Of a stretch of 64,000 nucleotides of DNA, positions 25,476 through 38,218 are shown in pieces; positions within the stretch are counted from its first letter, which is position 1; each line of letters starts with the position of its first letter. Made by a program: the position numbers and the translations under genes. The notes below the pieces were generated by a model that was not told where the DNA came from, did no database searches, and worked only from the letters and a program-made list of their open reading frames with translations. Source of the DNA: Scyliorhinus canicula (taxonomy: Eukaryota); contig NC_052154.1 of assembly GCF_902713615.1 (NCBI RefSeq), positions 15,811,784 to 15,875,783 of the forward strand. The letters are read 5' to 3'.

Positions 25476-25996
25476 ATATACAAACTGTCTGTCATTCTAC
25501 TACACCAACTGATTGCATTGGTTCATAGAAATTTACAATTATGCATACATGGGTTTATTAAATATTAACCATAAGGTTCACTACATCAAAGCAGCATAAT
25601 TTACACCCAATATCCTGATTACACTCAAAAAGCAGAAACACACTCCCAAGCCTTGAACTGAAATGTATTTGGAGCCATACAACCCCATGACCTTCGGACT
25701 CAAGGGGGAATGAGTGCTGGCACAGAAGCACAGCTAAATGCAGTTGTTGTGGTCACATAAGCAAATGGGGCACGGCAAAGAGATAAATTAGCAGTGAATT
25801 GTTGCATAAAGTCTTCCTGGGACAGTGGACAGAGCTCAGGCAGGTCACACAGGAAGAAATACATTCATTCCTGCTCTCACACCCACAACTCCTGCTGCCT
25901 TGGAACTTCGGCGTTTAATTTTATTTCCAACTGCTAGTCAGTTTGACAAGTTTATTTATGACTCCCAGATTTCAATGCCCCCTATACAGAACTCAC

Positions 25997-26240
25997 CTTC
26001 TGCTTTCAGGTATCACAGAGCCTTGTGTAACCGCATGGCAGGAAGTAACAATTTGTTTGTGATTGACAGGTGAACGGACCATTCAGATAGTCCCATTCCA
26101 ACGCCTGTCAAATATAAACCTCCAATAGGGAGGGGAGGAAGGGGCGGGTGTGTCCGGACTCAACCAATCAGAGAATAAGGGAGGCGGGGGCTGTAGAGCA
26201 GGAACTGGCAGCTGTCAATGGGCAAGGGAGGGTTTAAAGG
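25997..26240 (-). promoter_or_regulatory. Candidate CMC2 promoter and non-coding first exon
   Basis: Minus-strand donor AAG|GTGAGT at 25996; ETS caggaagt 26039-26046, TGATTGACAG 26060-26069, GC box 26141-26148, CCAAT 26164-26168. Confidence 0.55.
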
Positions 26241-27599
26241 GACAGGCACATCAAACACAAAAAAATGAGTTCTGAGTGAACATTTGTATCATCTGTGGCT
26301 ATCCATTAGGGATGATCAATCAGCTATAATATTGAATGGGAAAGCAGAGTGGAGTATGGCTCAATCTATCTCCAATTTCTTAAATCAATAACTCCTGAAT
26401 TGGAATCAATTAAATGATAAAAACACAAACAATGAACTGCAAAAATATATAAAGCAGGTTTCTTGTATACACAACGCACTCCAGACCTTACACTGTGCAA
26501 CGGTCATGAGTACCCAGGGGCATAGACGCACAATCATCTTACAGGACGGAAGGCTGCCACCAGAGTCCTTCTGTAATAATAATCTTTATTAGTGTCACAA
26601 GTAGGCTTACATTAACACTGCAATGAAGTTACTGTGAAAATCCCCGAGTCGCCACACTCCGTACACAGAGTGGGAATTCAGAATATCCAATTCACCTAAC
26701 AAGCCGTCTTTCAGGACTTGTGGGAGGAAACCAGAGCACCTGGAGGAAACCCACGCAGACACGGGGAGAACACGGGGAATCGAACCTGGAAACCTGGCAC
26801 TATGAAGCAACAGTGCTAACCATGATTCAAAGTCAAGTTTTATTAAATTATTCTCGTTCTATAAAGTACCTTGGGATGATTTGCTACATTAAAAGTGCTA
26901 TATGTACAAACTGACCCCCCGTGTTTCCTCATTTGCAACAGTGAATACACTTCAAAAAGTATTCAATTGGCTATAAATGAAACTGAGATGTTGAGAGGTT
27001 GTGAAGGAGCTGTATAAATTATAGTATAACTTATTTTGTATATAGTATTAAATTAAATGCTTCAACCTGACTGGATTTTCAAGTGAGGTAACCAGTTAAT
27101 TGTTTTATTTTCCGTCTATTAAGAAAAAAAATAACTTTTTTCCCCTTTCGCTATTCCTTGGTGCCCAACACCACTCTGGGCTCTGCTGTCCAAAAACTTC
27201 TAGACCCAAAATAAAAACAAAAATGCTGGCAATATCCAGGTCAGGCAGCATCTGTGGAGGATGTATAGGGTTGCCAACTGTGAGAAAATGTACGCCTGGA
27301 GGTTTTCTCGCATCAGTTGCTCACACGCTCCAGCCATTACTGGGCCAATACATCCACCCTTGTGAAGCACTGCCTTCCTACTCCAATTGGAAAGCAAAAA
27401 GACTCATTACCCAATCGGATGACGCTTAACTGTCAGCAAAACAGCCATTTACCCCCCTATTTTCAATATTTTTATATCTGGTGAAGCAAAATGTACAAAG
27501 CTAATTTTTAAAAAAATAATAGCTTTTAATGCCCCCGATGATTTTCACTAGGATTGCACACAGCAGTGGCCTGGAGATTGATCTTTAATTCCTGGAATT

Positions 27600-27925
27600 A
27601 AAAACAAAAAATGCTGAAAACTCTCAGCAGGTCTGTCACCATCTGTGGAGAGAGAAACAACGTCAATGTTTCGGATCCAGTAGTACTCTTGTTCAGAAGG
27701 TATTCTAATGAAGAGTCACATTGTACTGGAAGCTTTGACTCTGTTTCCCTTGCCACAGATGGTGCCAGGACCGCTGAGCTTTTCCAGCATATTTCTGTTT
27801 GTATTTCAGATTTCCAGCATGCACACAGTATTATAAAAGCAAATTACTGCAGGTGCAGGAATCTGAAACAAAAGCAGAAAATACTGGACAATCTCAGCAG
27901 GTCTGACAGCATCTGTGGAGAAGGG
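27600..27925. mobile_element. Penelope-like element terminal repeats (inverted pair plus extra copy); also 13040-13140, 27205-27260, 38310-38412
   Basis: Recurrent aaatgctgga..ctcagcaggtctg.cagcatctgtggagagag module with decayed hammerhead cores. Confidence 0.6.
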
Positions 27926-28138
27926 AGCTCACATTTTTCTTTGTCAAAGTTTTTTTTCTTTTTTTATGTAAATTTAGAGTACCCAGTTAATTTTTTCCAA
28001 TTAAGGGGCAAGTTAGCGTGGCCAATCAACCTACCCTACACATATTTTGGGTTGTGGGGGCGAAATTCACGCCAACACGGGGAGAATGTGCAATCTCCAC
28101 ACGGACAGTGACCCAGAGCCGGGATCGAACCTGGGACC

Positions 28139-28480
28139 TCATAGAATTTACAGTGCAGAAGGAGGCCATTCGGCCCATCGAGTCTGCACCGGTTCTTGGA
28201 AAGAGCACCCTACCCAAGCCCACACCCCCACCCTATCCCCATAACCCAAACCCCACCCAACTCTCAGGGCAATTTTGGACACTAAGGGCAATTTAGCTTG
28301 GCCAATCCACCTAACCTGCACATTTTTGGACTGTGGGAGGAAACCAGAGCACCCGGAGGAAACCCATGCATACATGGGGAGGTGTAGACTCCGCGCAGAC
28401 AGTGACCCAAGCCGGGAATCGAACCTGGGACCCTGGAGCTGTGAAGCAATTGTGCTAACCACTATGCTACCGTGCTGCCC
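28139..28480 (-). mobile_element. HE1/V-SINE, full length
   Basis: Complete head, core and tail, reversed. Confidence 0.88.
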
Positions 28481-28914
28481 TTTCTTTGTCAAAATTGACC
28501 ATATGTAGAAACATACATTGAAAATAGGAGCAGGACTAGATCATTCGGCCTTTTGAGCCTGCTCATGGTTGATCATCAAGTTCAATACCCTGATCCCGTC
28601 TTCACCTAGATCACATAGGTGAATTGAAATCTCCTTCAGTGTCCCAAAACAGACGCTGGAGTGCGGCGACTCGGGGATTTTCATCGTACCTTCATTGCAG
28701 CGTTAATGTAAGCCTAGTTGTGACACTAATAAAGATTATTATTACTGTATCCCTTCAACCCCAAGGGCGATATCTAATTCCTTTTGGAAATTGCACAACG
28801 TTTTGGCCTCGGCTACTTTCTGTGGCAGCGAATTGCACTCTCTGGGTGAAGACATTTCTCCTCACCCCTGCCCTAAAAGTTATTCTTGCTTTGGGGATGA
28901 ATGAAGCTGCCGAT

Positions 28915-29100
28915 GGGGAGGGCAGGCGGGGCGGGGCGGGGCGGGGCTGCAGTACCGCCACGCCAGGCTGGGTGGCGCGGTGACGGGAGGAGCAGCAGCC
29001 AGCGGGAGGGCGCCCAACGGCCGCGCGGCTGATTGGCTGTTTTTGAAAAAGGGGGTTGGGGGAACTAGCCGGGAACCGGGAGGCGGCCGAAGAGACGGAG
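28915..29100 (+). promoter_or_regulatory. CENPN CpG-rich promoter and non-coding exon 1
   Basis: Tandem GGGCGG boxes ~28926-28946, CAACGG 29015-29020, inverted CCAAT 29032-29036, CHR TTTGAA 29042-29047, donor GAG|gtaagg at 29101. Confidence 0.75.
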
Positions 29101-29602
29101 GTAAGGGCCCCGTCCCGTTCGCGCTCGTTCTCTGGGTCGCCGAAAGCGGCTCCTGGTTGCAGCAGAGGCTCCACGCGAGGGACAGAGCGGCCTGACTCGG
29201 ACAGCCGCCCTCGGACCGTTCCCGCCACTCACTGGCGAACTAACTGCTTTGCTTCCTCACTGCAGCCAGGGCCACTCCCTTTGCCTTTTGTTCAATGACA
29301 TTTTTGTTAGTTAATCTCTCACTTTCCACACCCTCTTTCCCCCTCCCCGAATTCTGAATATCCATATCAAGATGTTCCACTGTGGCTCCCAAACCTGACT
29401 CTTCCCAGCACTTTTCCATTTTTGTTTCATGTGTTGCATCATGTTAGTGTACATTGTGTATCACACTGATTTCTGTTTTTTTTGTTCAAAGTTAGATGTC
29501 ATTTGTGGGTTTCCGCTGACTGCTCCGCTTTCCTCCCACAATCCGAAGATGTGCGGGTTGGATGGATTTGCCATGCTAAATTGTCCCTGAGTGTCCCTTA
29601 AT

Positions 29603-29910
29603 GGGCAGCAGGGTAGCGCAAGTGGATAGCACTGTGGCTTCGCAGCGCCAGGGTTCCAGGTTCGATTCCCCCGGTGGGTCACCGTCTGCGGGGTCTGCAC
29701 GTTCTCCCCGTGTGTTTTCTCCGGGGTGCCCCGGTTTCCTCCCACAGCCCAAAAATGTGCAGGTTAGGTGGATTGGCCATGATAAATTGCCCTTAGTGAC
29801 CAAAAATGTTAGAAGGGGTTAATGGGTTACGGGGATAGGGTGGAAGTGAGGGCTTAAGTGGGTTGGTGCAGACTTGATGGGCTGAATGGCTTCCTCCTTT
29901 GCTGTAGGGA
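29603..29910 (+). mobile_element. HE1/V-SINE
   Basis: gggcagcagggtagc head through CR1-type tail. Confidence 0.85.
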
Positions 29911-30639
29911 ATCTGTTTTTGGCTCAGTTGGTAGTACTTGCATCTCTGAAATGCAAAGTTCCACGTTCAAGCCCCGTACAAAACTCCAGGCTGCTGCTCC
30001 TGTGAATCATCTGCTCATTATCTCATTGTTGTTCGTGGTGTCTTGCTATTTGGAAACTGACTGGTGTATTTTTATACAACAGTGGCCACACCACAAGTGA
30101 GATTTCATTGACTGTGAGGGTTGGGGTGTTTTCAGCATGTGAGGGATGCTATTTAAATGTTTACTTTTTAAAAAAAGTATAATGGTATTTGCTGTGTTAG
30201 AAATTTGGGTATTGAATGCAGGAAGCTGATATATTTGCAGAACTTTGGTTACATCACAATTGGAGCACATTTTCTAGTTGTCCCGTTATAAGAAAGAGTT
30301 TTGAAAGAGTGCCAGGGATTCCACCAGAACGAAGATCAGGATGGGAAGCTAGTTATGAGCTGAAAATTGAGGTGCTGAGTAAATTTCTGTGTGAGTAGTA
30401 AAAGGGAAGATTTAAAGGAGATTTGAGTTGGTGTTTTGATGATTAATAAGGTAAAAATGATCTTTATAGATTCAGTGATGAGGGATCTTTTAATATTATT
30501 GAATAAGGAGAGAGGTTGATGAAGTTTCTTTATGTGGACAATTGGGAACACCGAAGACTTTGCCACGAGGATTGTTTGTTCTTCATGACCATGACACCAG
30601 CTAGAATTTAAAAAATTAAGCTTCAGGTGAAATATGTTC

Positions 30640-31030
30640 AAGGTGATGTAATCTGCCCAATTTGAGCACAAAAATGTATGTTGCATGCTGGACATGCATG
30701 TATTTTTGGTGTGAACGAGATGCAACAGATCTGGAATTGTGAAGATTGTGTTTCCTGTTGCCCAATGTGGTTCTCTCCTATTTGTAGGAGATGGTGTCTT
30801 TGCAGATGAACCTGTGCCATACACAGTGATCCCATGTCTTGGAGGTGATGTTGAAACACTTCAGTGATATCTTCAGGGCATTGGTCAGGGAATGTTTGAA
30901 GCAAAGAATATGACATTTTACAGGGAAATTTGAAACTGCAGACCATGTAGGTATACATGTTGAGCTGGACGTTTCCTGTTCTGTTAACTTCTGTAGCTAT
31001 ACCCACCTGATTCCTTGAGGCTGGATGTTA
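30640..31030 (-). mobile_element. RTE LINE 3' remnant
   Basis: HACPACNIHFCAQIG resembles the RTE terminal CxxC..F.ARIG zinc-finger motif. Confidence 0.45.
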
Positions 31031-32754
31031 ATTCTTTTGTATAAGAGAAAAGTGTTTTCTAGCATCTAGTGGACAAGGAGTTCCACTTGTATAGGTTTTA
31101 GAAAATATAATTTTTACAAGGATATCTTTTGCTGTGAATTTGAGTATAGATTTGCCTCCTCAGTTAAAGTAGGCTGGAGTTTCTGTTCTGGTGCAAACTC
31201 AACCTGTACTTGGTTGACTGGACATTGCACCCATCACCTGTCTCTAATTTTAAGGTGAAACTCTCTGGTCAGGATCCCCATTCTACCATCCAAGTAGCGG
31301 CATGATAAAACGATAGTGCAATTGATGACTAATCACAATAGATCTCTGTCCCAGACAAACATAAGAACATTCCAACGGTGTAAATCTTTGGAAGTCATTG
31401 GCCCCAAGATTACTTGTTCCTCTCTAACATGATGTACTTTTTAGCAAATTATTCATGCACTGGATCTCAAAATATTTTCTGATAGTGATCTGTCTAATTT
31501 ACATTAGAATGGATTATAACTATTTATTTCCACTATCTTGTCAAAAAGGCTTCTCCCGACCACTCATTTATGGTTTAGAAAATTGTCAATGATATGTAAT
31601 TAAACTGACATACATCAGTCTCCCTCTTGCTATTTATATGATTTAACTATTTTATTGTGACTTTCAATAGTTTAATAGAATGGCATTTATCACAGACCCA
31701 AGCAATTATTATAAACTTTATATGTGTATGACAACATTGAGACATTTCAAAGTGTTTTACAGAAAGTACATACTTTTGAAGGGTGAGGGTGATCGGTCAT
31801 GAGAATATAGGAAAGCAGCTTCAAATCTTTTTGAATGAAGGGACCCTTTCCAAATGGATTGGTGATCACTGAATACCCCACCCATCTAAATTATCTTACA
31901 ATGTATTACTTAATATAAAAGTGCTGTATGTAAGGGTAGTTTCGACAATGCACTTAAGAAAAGGGGTATTTACTAATAGAAAGCAAAATGTGTGCCTGTT
32001 TTATGCGAGGATAGTTTGCCTGTCCTTGTGCTCTCCCTCTTGGGTGAGGTGACCCATTTGTTCTGACTGCATTTGAGACAGCCACACTCCAGCACTATGC
32101 GATCAGCAAACACTTTCGCATTTTTGTGGATCCTCTGAAAGGTCACAACAAATCACCCGGTGTCCATGGACTCTCGTTTTAAGAAACAGTGAGTTAGGAA
32201 AAATGACAGTCAGTTTGTGCACGGCAAGCTCGCACAACAGGAAGTTAATAAATGTTTGCATCATCTTTTGATGTTGATTGATAAATTTTGTGCAAAGCAC
32301 TGGGAAAATTGTTCTGCCCCTGAAATAGTGCAGTGGAATTTTTCATGGCTACCTGAGAGGGCAGAACAGGTTTAGGTTTAACATCTCATTGCTACCTCTG
32401 ACAGTGCAGCAATCTTTTATTATCGCAGTGCAATAATCCTTTTGTCTACAAGAGAAGCGAGGCTGGTTTAGCTCAGTTGGCTAGACAGATGGGCCGTGAT
32501 GCAGAGCGAGGCCAGCATTGTGGGTTCACAGGGGAAAGCAGCCCTGGGATATGGTGACTTTACCTTTTACCTGCAACATTCCTTTATACTGCCTAGATTG
32601 AGTGCTCATATTTTAGTGGGGTTTGGCCTCGGATGAGAATGTTACCATTGAGCCACAGCTGACAATTTGTTCGTTGTTTTCAAACCCCACATATTTACAG
32701 CAGGTTTCACATATTTATAGCAATTTTTTTGTGTTATTATAAAGGTGCCTGGAG

Positions 32755-32922
32755 ATGGATTCAACAGAATACCTCATTAAGGTGCTGTCAAGGTTTCGAA
32801 TAGTTGACTTTCCCAAGTTACTGAAATCCTGGAATTTTCTTTCTGCAAGGCAGCTGCAAGAAATAAATTTCAAGGAAACTACACGGAAAGACCTGATTTT
32901 GAAGTTAGCTCAACTTTGTGAG
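32755..32922 (+). CDS. CENPN: CENP-N coding exon 1 (MDSTEYL...LAQLCE)
   Basis: Acceptor at 32743-32744, ATG 32755, LKSWNFLSARQLQEINF vs human LKAWDFLSENQLQTVNF, donor gtaata at 32923. Confidence 0.95.
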
Positions 32923-33490
32923 GTAATATATGTGTAATAACTCACGGGTGACTGAGTTTTGTTTTCATTTGTACGGAACATTTTTTTTAAAATTCATTCA
33001 TGGGATGTGGGTGTTGCTGCCTGGACCAGCATTATTGCCTATTCCTAATTGCCCTTGAATGAGTGGCTTGCTAGGCCATTTTCAAGGGCATTTAAGAGTC
33101 GCATGTCGGGCAGACCAGATAGGATGGCAGATTTCTTTCCTTAAAGGACACTGAACCAGATGGGTTTTTAATGACAGCAATGATTTCATGCTCATTGTAG
33201 TCTTTAATTCCAGATTTTTGTTGAATTCAAATTTCACCGCCTGCCATGGTGGGATTTGAACGGCATCTTCCAGAAACGCCCTTTTGACAGAGAATAAGTT
33301 TCAGTGCTGAAGAGCTTTGAACACGCCCATTTATGAATATTAAAATGTGCCATTCCTTTCAAGAAAGATCATGTGTGCACAATATGCTGACTCGATTGGT
33401 TTGGAGAATGGAAAATTTTAATGTTTTTTGATGGCTTTGACATTTTCTAGCTGTATAAAATATTTTTGTGTTTCTTGAAATTTGTTCTAG

Positions 33491-33536
33491 GACAATGGAG
33501 TAACTCTAAAACAAGTAGCAGATTTGGACATTATTT
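33491..33536 (+). CDS. CENPN: CENP-N coding exon 2 (DNGVTLKQVADLDII)
   Basis: ttctag acceptor, gtaagt donor, 46 nt, matches human ...AALLDII. Confidence 0.92.
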
Positions 33537-33558
33537 GTAAGTATTGCTTTCATTTTCA

Positions 33559-33949
33559 TGTTAGGAATGTGAATGCATCTCTAATTCACTTGTCTCTCAG
33601 TCCGGAAGAAACGGTCTCGAACACGTTCGTACTTTAGAATATTCTTTATTGCGATCGGGGCAGCTCTCTAGGTATTCCAAAGGTCCACCTCTGAGAGTGC
33701 CAAAATATTGCTCAAAACATCCTTTCTTTATATGTTTTTTAAGAGGGCTATCCCTTGCATTCACTTGAGCTTGCCCCCATTACAAAGCATAGCTTGTTTT
33801 TACCATAGATCCAATACATGATTAACTTGTTATTGCCATAATTTCAATACATGATTTTACAGACTTTGAAGTTATCTATTGGCACATGAGTATGTAGTAG
33901 TTTTAGCAAAAACAGCAGGTGTTTAGCCACAGTATCAACGGCTCCCACA
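33559..33949 (-). mobile_element. Solo LTR (391 bp) just inside a CENPN intron
   Basis: TGT...ACA termini, perfect 5-bp TSD TTTCA (33554-33558, 33950-33954), minus-strand AATAAA near 33645. Confidence 0.7.
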
Positions 33950-35304
33950 TTTCATATTCCGTCATCCAGCCATCTTCCTTGTTTCTCAAGACTATTCGGC
34001 TTACAGTCATGAGTCGGCTCACAAATTCAATAACAACTCCCTTATTTGTAACTTTCCACTAATGTGTCCCATTAATTCTGGCTTGTTCTAGCTATTAACC
34101 CTTGCTTCACATTCTCAGAAATGGCAACTTTTACTATTAAATAACGACTTGGACAGACCTTTTTCTTATTAAAACAAAGGAACCTGCCATCTATTCACAG
34201 TTGGCGCTTGTGAGAGATGCTAACATTCTAATTTGCATTCTGCTTGAAGCGTTATCAAAAGAAATGTTTGTTATCTTAAATAAAGGATGCGCATAAAATC
34301 CGATAGGCGAATAATTTTTGTTTTCAAATGGATCTTGATGTTTAGCACTCCAATTGCTAGTTCCTCTAAATGTAAAAGGGCTGATGCTGATTTCTGTTCA
34401 GTAACCTCTACTGGAAGCTAGTACACATTGGGACTGATGTTAAATAGCCCGTCAAATGATCACTGTTTAGCTTCATGAGTTGTGATTAGGACCTCCAGGG
34501 CACCTGACATTCCCACTGAGAATCTTTTGATCGGCTCAGAGTATTACCTCTGAACCACAGCTGACAATAGCCTTGTTCCACTTTTTGGAGGTGTAAGTTG
34601 ATGTTGGCAGGGAAAAGGAAGAGCGCGGGCCAGGTGTTTTTGTGGATGCTTTTTTTGTTCATTTAAAATAGTTGTAAAATGAAAGTTGCAATTTTGAGGT
34701 TTGTAATTTTGATGTTATGCCTTTTGTGACCTTTTTAAATCTTGTACAAGTGACAGTAACTTAAAAAGAATGATTGCTGGGCATGCTGTATGATGGGCAA
34801 ATGTTGAGTGTGAAGGAGGCTCCAGTTGCAAGACTTTCAAAGTAAATTTGTATAGAATTTAATGCTTCGCTCCTTGGAGAATTTTTATCAGTCAAGCCTG
34901 TAGTCGGGTAGAGGACTGGTCCATTAATTTAATTTTGTTTATGATTTTATTCATTAAGCTTGTCAGGTCTTTTTTACATGGCTTGCATCTTATAAAAATG
35001 TCAAGTTAATAAATGCTTTTTTATTTAGTGGAAGGATTGAATGCCATCAACAGTGGTGTACTGTTCGTGAAATTTGATAAGAAACACGTTGCAGAATATT
35101 CATCTGCATGTGACTGGTTACTTGAATTAGAGCATACAAGAAAACAGAAGATACCAGAAATCTTATAAGAGAAATGGAAAATGCTGAGCTTGCACGAGTT
35201 AAGCATCTGAAGATGATAGTGTTACAGCCTCGACTTGACTTCTGTCTCTGTACCTATAGTGCTTAACTTTTTTGTTTTACTTTCTGAATTGCATATGTCT
35301 TCAG

Positions 35305-35364
35305 ATAATTGCGCGTTCCCTCAGAAGAAAAGATGGAATTCCTATCAAATGTTTAGGCCAAAAG
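35305..35364 (+). CDS. CENPN: CENP-N coding exon 3 (YNCAFPQKKRWNSYQMFRPK)
   Basis: ttcag/gtatgt, 60 nt, phase 1-1; conserved K.W..[FY]QM. Confidence 0.9.
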
Positions 35365-35474
35365 GTATGTAAATCATCTTTCACTTTCCCATCCCCATTT
35401 TCATTTCGCAGCATTTACAGCTTCCTATCTGTTGCAAAATACTGATGATTCACAATTGTATAATTGCTTTTCAG

Positions 35475-35554
35475 GTGGCGAAGAAATAAAGTTATTTGAT
35501 CTTGGAGACTTCAGAATGACATTTGAAAGAAATCTCAAAATGCTCATTAGAAAT
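35475..35554 (+). CDS. CENPN: CENP-N coding exon 4 (GGEEIKLFDLGDFRMTFERNLKMLIRN)
   Basis: tttcag/gtaaga, 80 nt; matches human GEDVDLFDMKQFKNSFKKILQRALKN. Confidence 0.92.
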
Positions 35555-37648
35555 GTAAGATGCATCACCTGAGGCATGTCAAACTGCATTTCGCTCTCGT
35601 GCAATCAGCCGGGACACAGTTTTGGTTATGTCTTTCCAAGTGCAATGTTGCAACACTAGGTTGGATTTTTCAGTGGGCATTTGGGAAAACCCTCCAAGTT
35701 TAGCAGATGGGGATGGGGCTTCAGACTTTTATCCCTGACCCCACCATTAGGCCGTGGAGCCTCCAGCTTCGGCAGCCTCCATGGTGGGGGAATCGCTCTG
35801 GGGGCTAAAATGCCAGCTCTAAGTGAGGATTTACTTGGATCAGTTGGCTGCTAGCCTCCGAATGCTGATCAAATCTGAAAAGCATTCACCTCTTATGAAG
35901 TGTGAGGAGAAGTATCCAACCACAACTAATAATATTAAAAACATATTGATTAGACATTCACCTTTTTGCTGTGTATGGGAATTATCTGATAGATAATGAA
36001 TGCCAAATTTGTCTGCATAACAGTCACTGAATCTCAGCTCATCCCTATGGGTCAAACTATCCCAGAGCTGCTTCCCCTATTTTCCCAACACTGCCCACCC
36101 CTGTCACCACCAGCCCCTTCTCCAGGGTACTGGGAAGATCCAGCCCTAAGAAACAGTAAACATATTATTACATTGTCAAAACTTGTCTGCTGATGCTCAG
36201 TGAATAGAACTGCCACTGTGAGTCGGAAGGTTGTGGATTCAAGTCACTGTTAAGTGACCTGAGCACAGAAGCTTAGGCTGATGTTCCAGTCGTACTCTGT
36301 CCTGGGGGCTTTTGAATGAGACGTTAAAGCAGAAGAACAACAGGGAAACAAAATAATTGTATTTGAGTACAGACTCTTTAAAAGTTGTTACTTTTTGTGT
36401 TGGATCTCATCTATAAATTCTGGCAGCAGTATAGAATGCTTTTAATTATCAGTGTTCCCACATATCCTTCTGACCTTCATGCAGACACCAAGTACAGACT
36501 TTATCAGTCGAAGCATGAGTTGTTGAAGAAACTAGGGATTCTCTATACATGGGCACTGAAGTCCCATCTGATGAAGATTTTAGGAATTGATTGACTGCAG
36601 TGCTGATAATGTAGCTGCAATAGCTAAAATTATTCTTTGTTTGTGGTATATATTAAAATTACATTTTCACATCAAGAGATCAGTACAGTGGGATATTTTG
36701 TACTGTATTCGTCTCTGGAATTCCAGTGTCACAGCCAATATTTAGCCTTGATTAACACTCCTAAAAAAAACAGATTATGTGATCATTTACACATTGCTGT
36801 TTCTGGGAACTTTCTGTATGCAAATTGCAGCCAGGTCTCTTTATCCCTTTCACAAACCCCCATTTTTGAGATGTAGTAACTGTTATGCAGACAAATTCAG
36901 CATTATCTATCGGATAATTCCCCCACACAGCAAAAAAGTGAATGATTAGTCAATATGATTTTAATATTGTTGGATGCTATCCCCCGCACTTCAATACTGG
37001 TATCAAATCTGAAAAGTATTTACCTAAACACCGGGATCAGAATTAATAATGAGCAAGAAGCGGTCGTAGACCATTCAACCCTTCCAGCCTGCTCCGTCAC
37101 ACCCGATCTTAACCCATCAGGATTTGTATGTTTCTAAATTTTATGTTAAATCCTGGACTGAGTGCCAGCCACTGAAACATGTTTGATAAAATTAAAACTG
37201 ACACACAATGGTTGGAAGACATAAATATTAGCACGTTGAGGCACACAGCAGATTGACCAGTTTCTAGACGAGACAATGGTGTGCCTCAAAAACTTTGTCA
37301 GTTTCAATATAGAATATCCTGCTTTTCTTTTTAAACTTCCTATTTGGAATTATTCTCAAATCAAACCTCTGTCTTCTCTTCTGGGTTGTTTTCAGATTTA
37401 CTGACTAATCCAAGATCCTAGAACAGTTGGCTGATATGATAAAGCTATGACAGTTTTTTTTAAACTGTCACTTTGATTTGCCATCAATCTATATGTTGTT
37501 ATTTCACTCTAATAAACTATTGCCTCATCCATTTTGATTTGCATCCTGCTAACTGACTTACTGCAGGTTGTCATTTTTGAACGTTTTCTCTTGAACAGTT
37601 CTGTTACCTCTCTTAATTTGAAATCCTAATTTATTTTTCCTTCCACAG

Positions 37649-37819
37649 GCCATGGTCAATATTTTGGAACATGGGGAAGCAGTTTGGATCCGAATCGCAT
37701 GGGGAAAGCGCCATACCCCACCTAACCAGCAAAGGGCTTCGTATGCAGTATACTATCCACAGACTCCTTACGTTTTCATAGCTAATCTTCCTGCACAGTA
37801 TAGGGTGTATATTTCTCAG
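37649..37819 (+). CDS. CENPN: CENP-N coding exon 5 (AVWIRIAWG...YYPQTPYVF)
   Basis: ccacag/gtaaaa, 171 nt; hallmark AVWIRIAWG, PNQ and QTPY motifs. Confidence 0.97.
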
Positions 37820-37920
37820 GTAAAAAGGTGCTACTTGGATTTTACCTGTAATCTGGATTATGTTGGGTGGAAGACTGTTGTGTTCTCTCACATTTTTAAA
37901 ATCTTATTTAAAGAGTATTA

Positions 37921-38218
37921 GGGCAGCTCAATGGTTAGCACAGTTGCTTCACAGCTCCAGGGTCCAGGTTCGATTCCCGGCTTGGGTCACTGTCTGTGCG
38001 GAGTCTGCACGTTCTCCCAGTGCCTGCGTGGGTTTCCTCCCATGTCCAAAGATGTGTAGGTTAAGTGGATTGGCCATGCTAAATTGCCCTTAGTGTGCAA
38101 AAAAAGGTTTAGGTGGGGTGATGGGGTGGAGGTGTGGGCTTAAGTGGGGTGTTCTTTCCAAGGGTCGGTGCAGACTCGATGGGCTGAATGGCCTCCTTCT
38201 GCGCTGTAAATTCTATGA
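37921..38218 (+). mobile_element. HE1/V-SINE
   Basis: Full-length copy. Confidence 0.85.
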
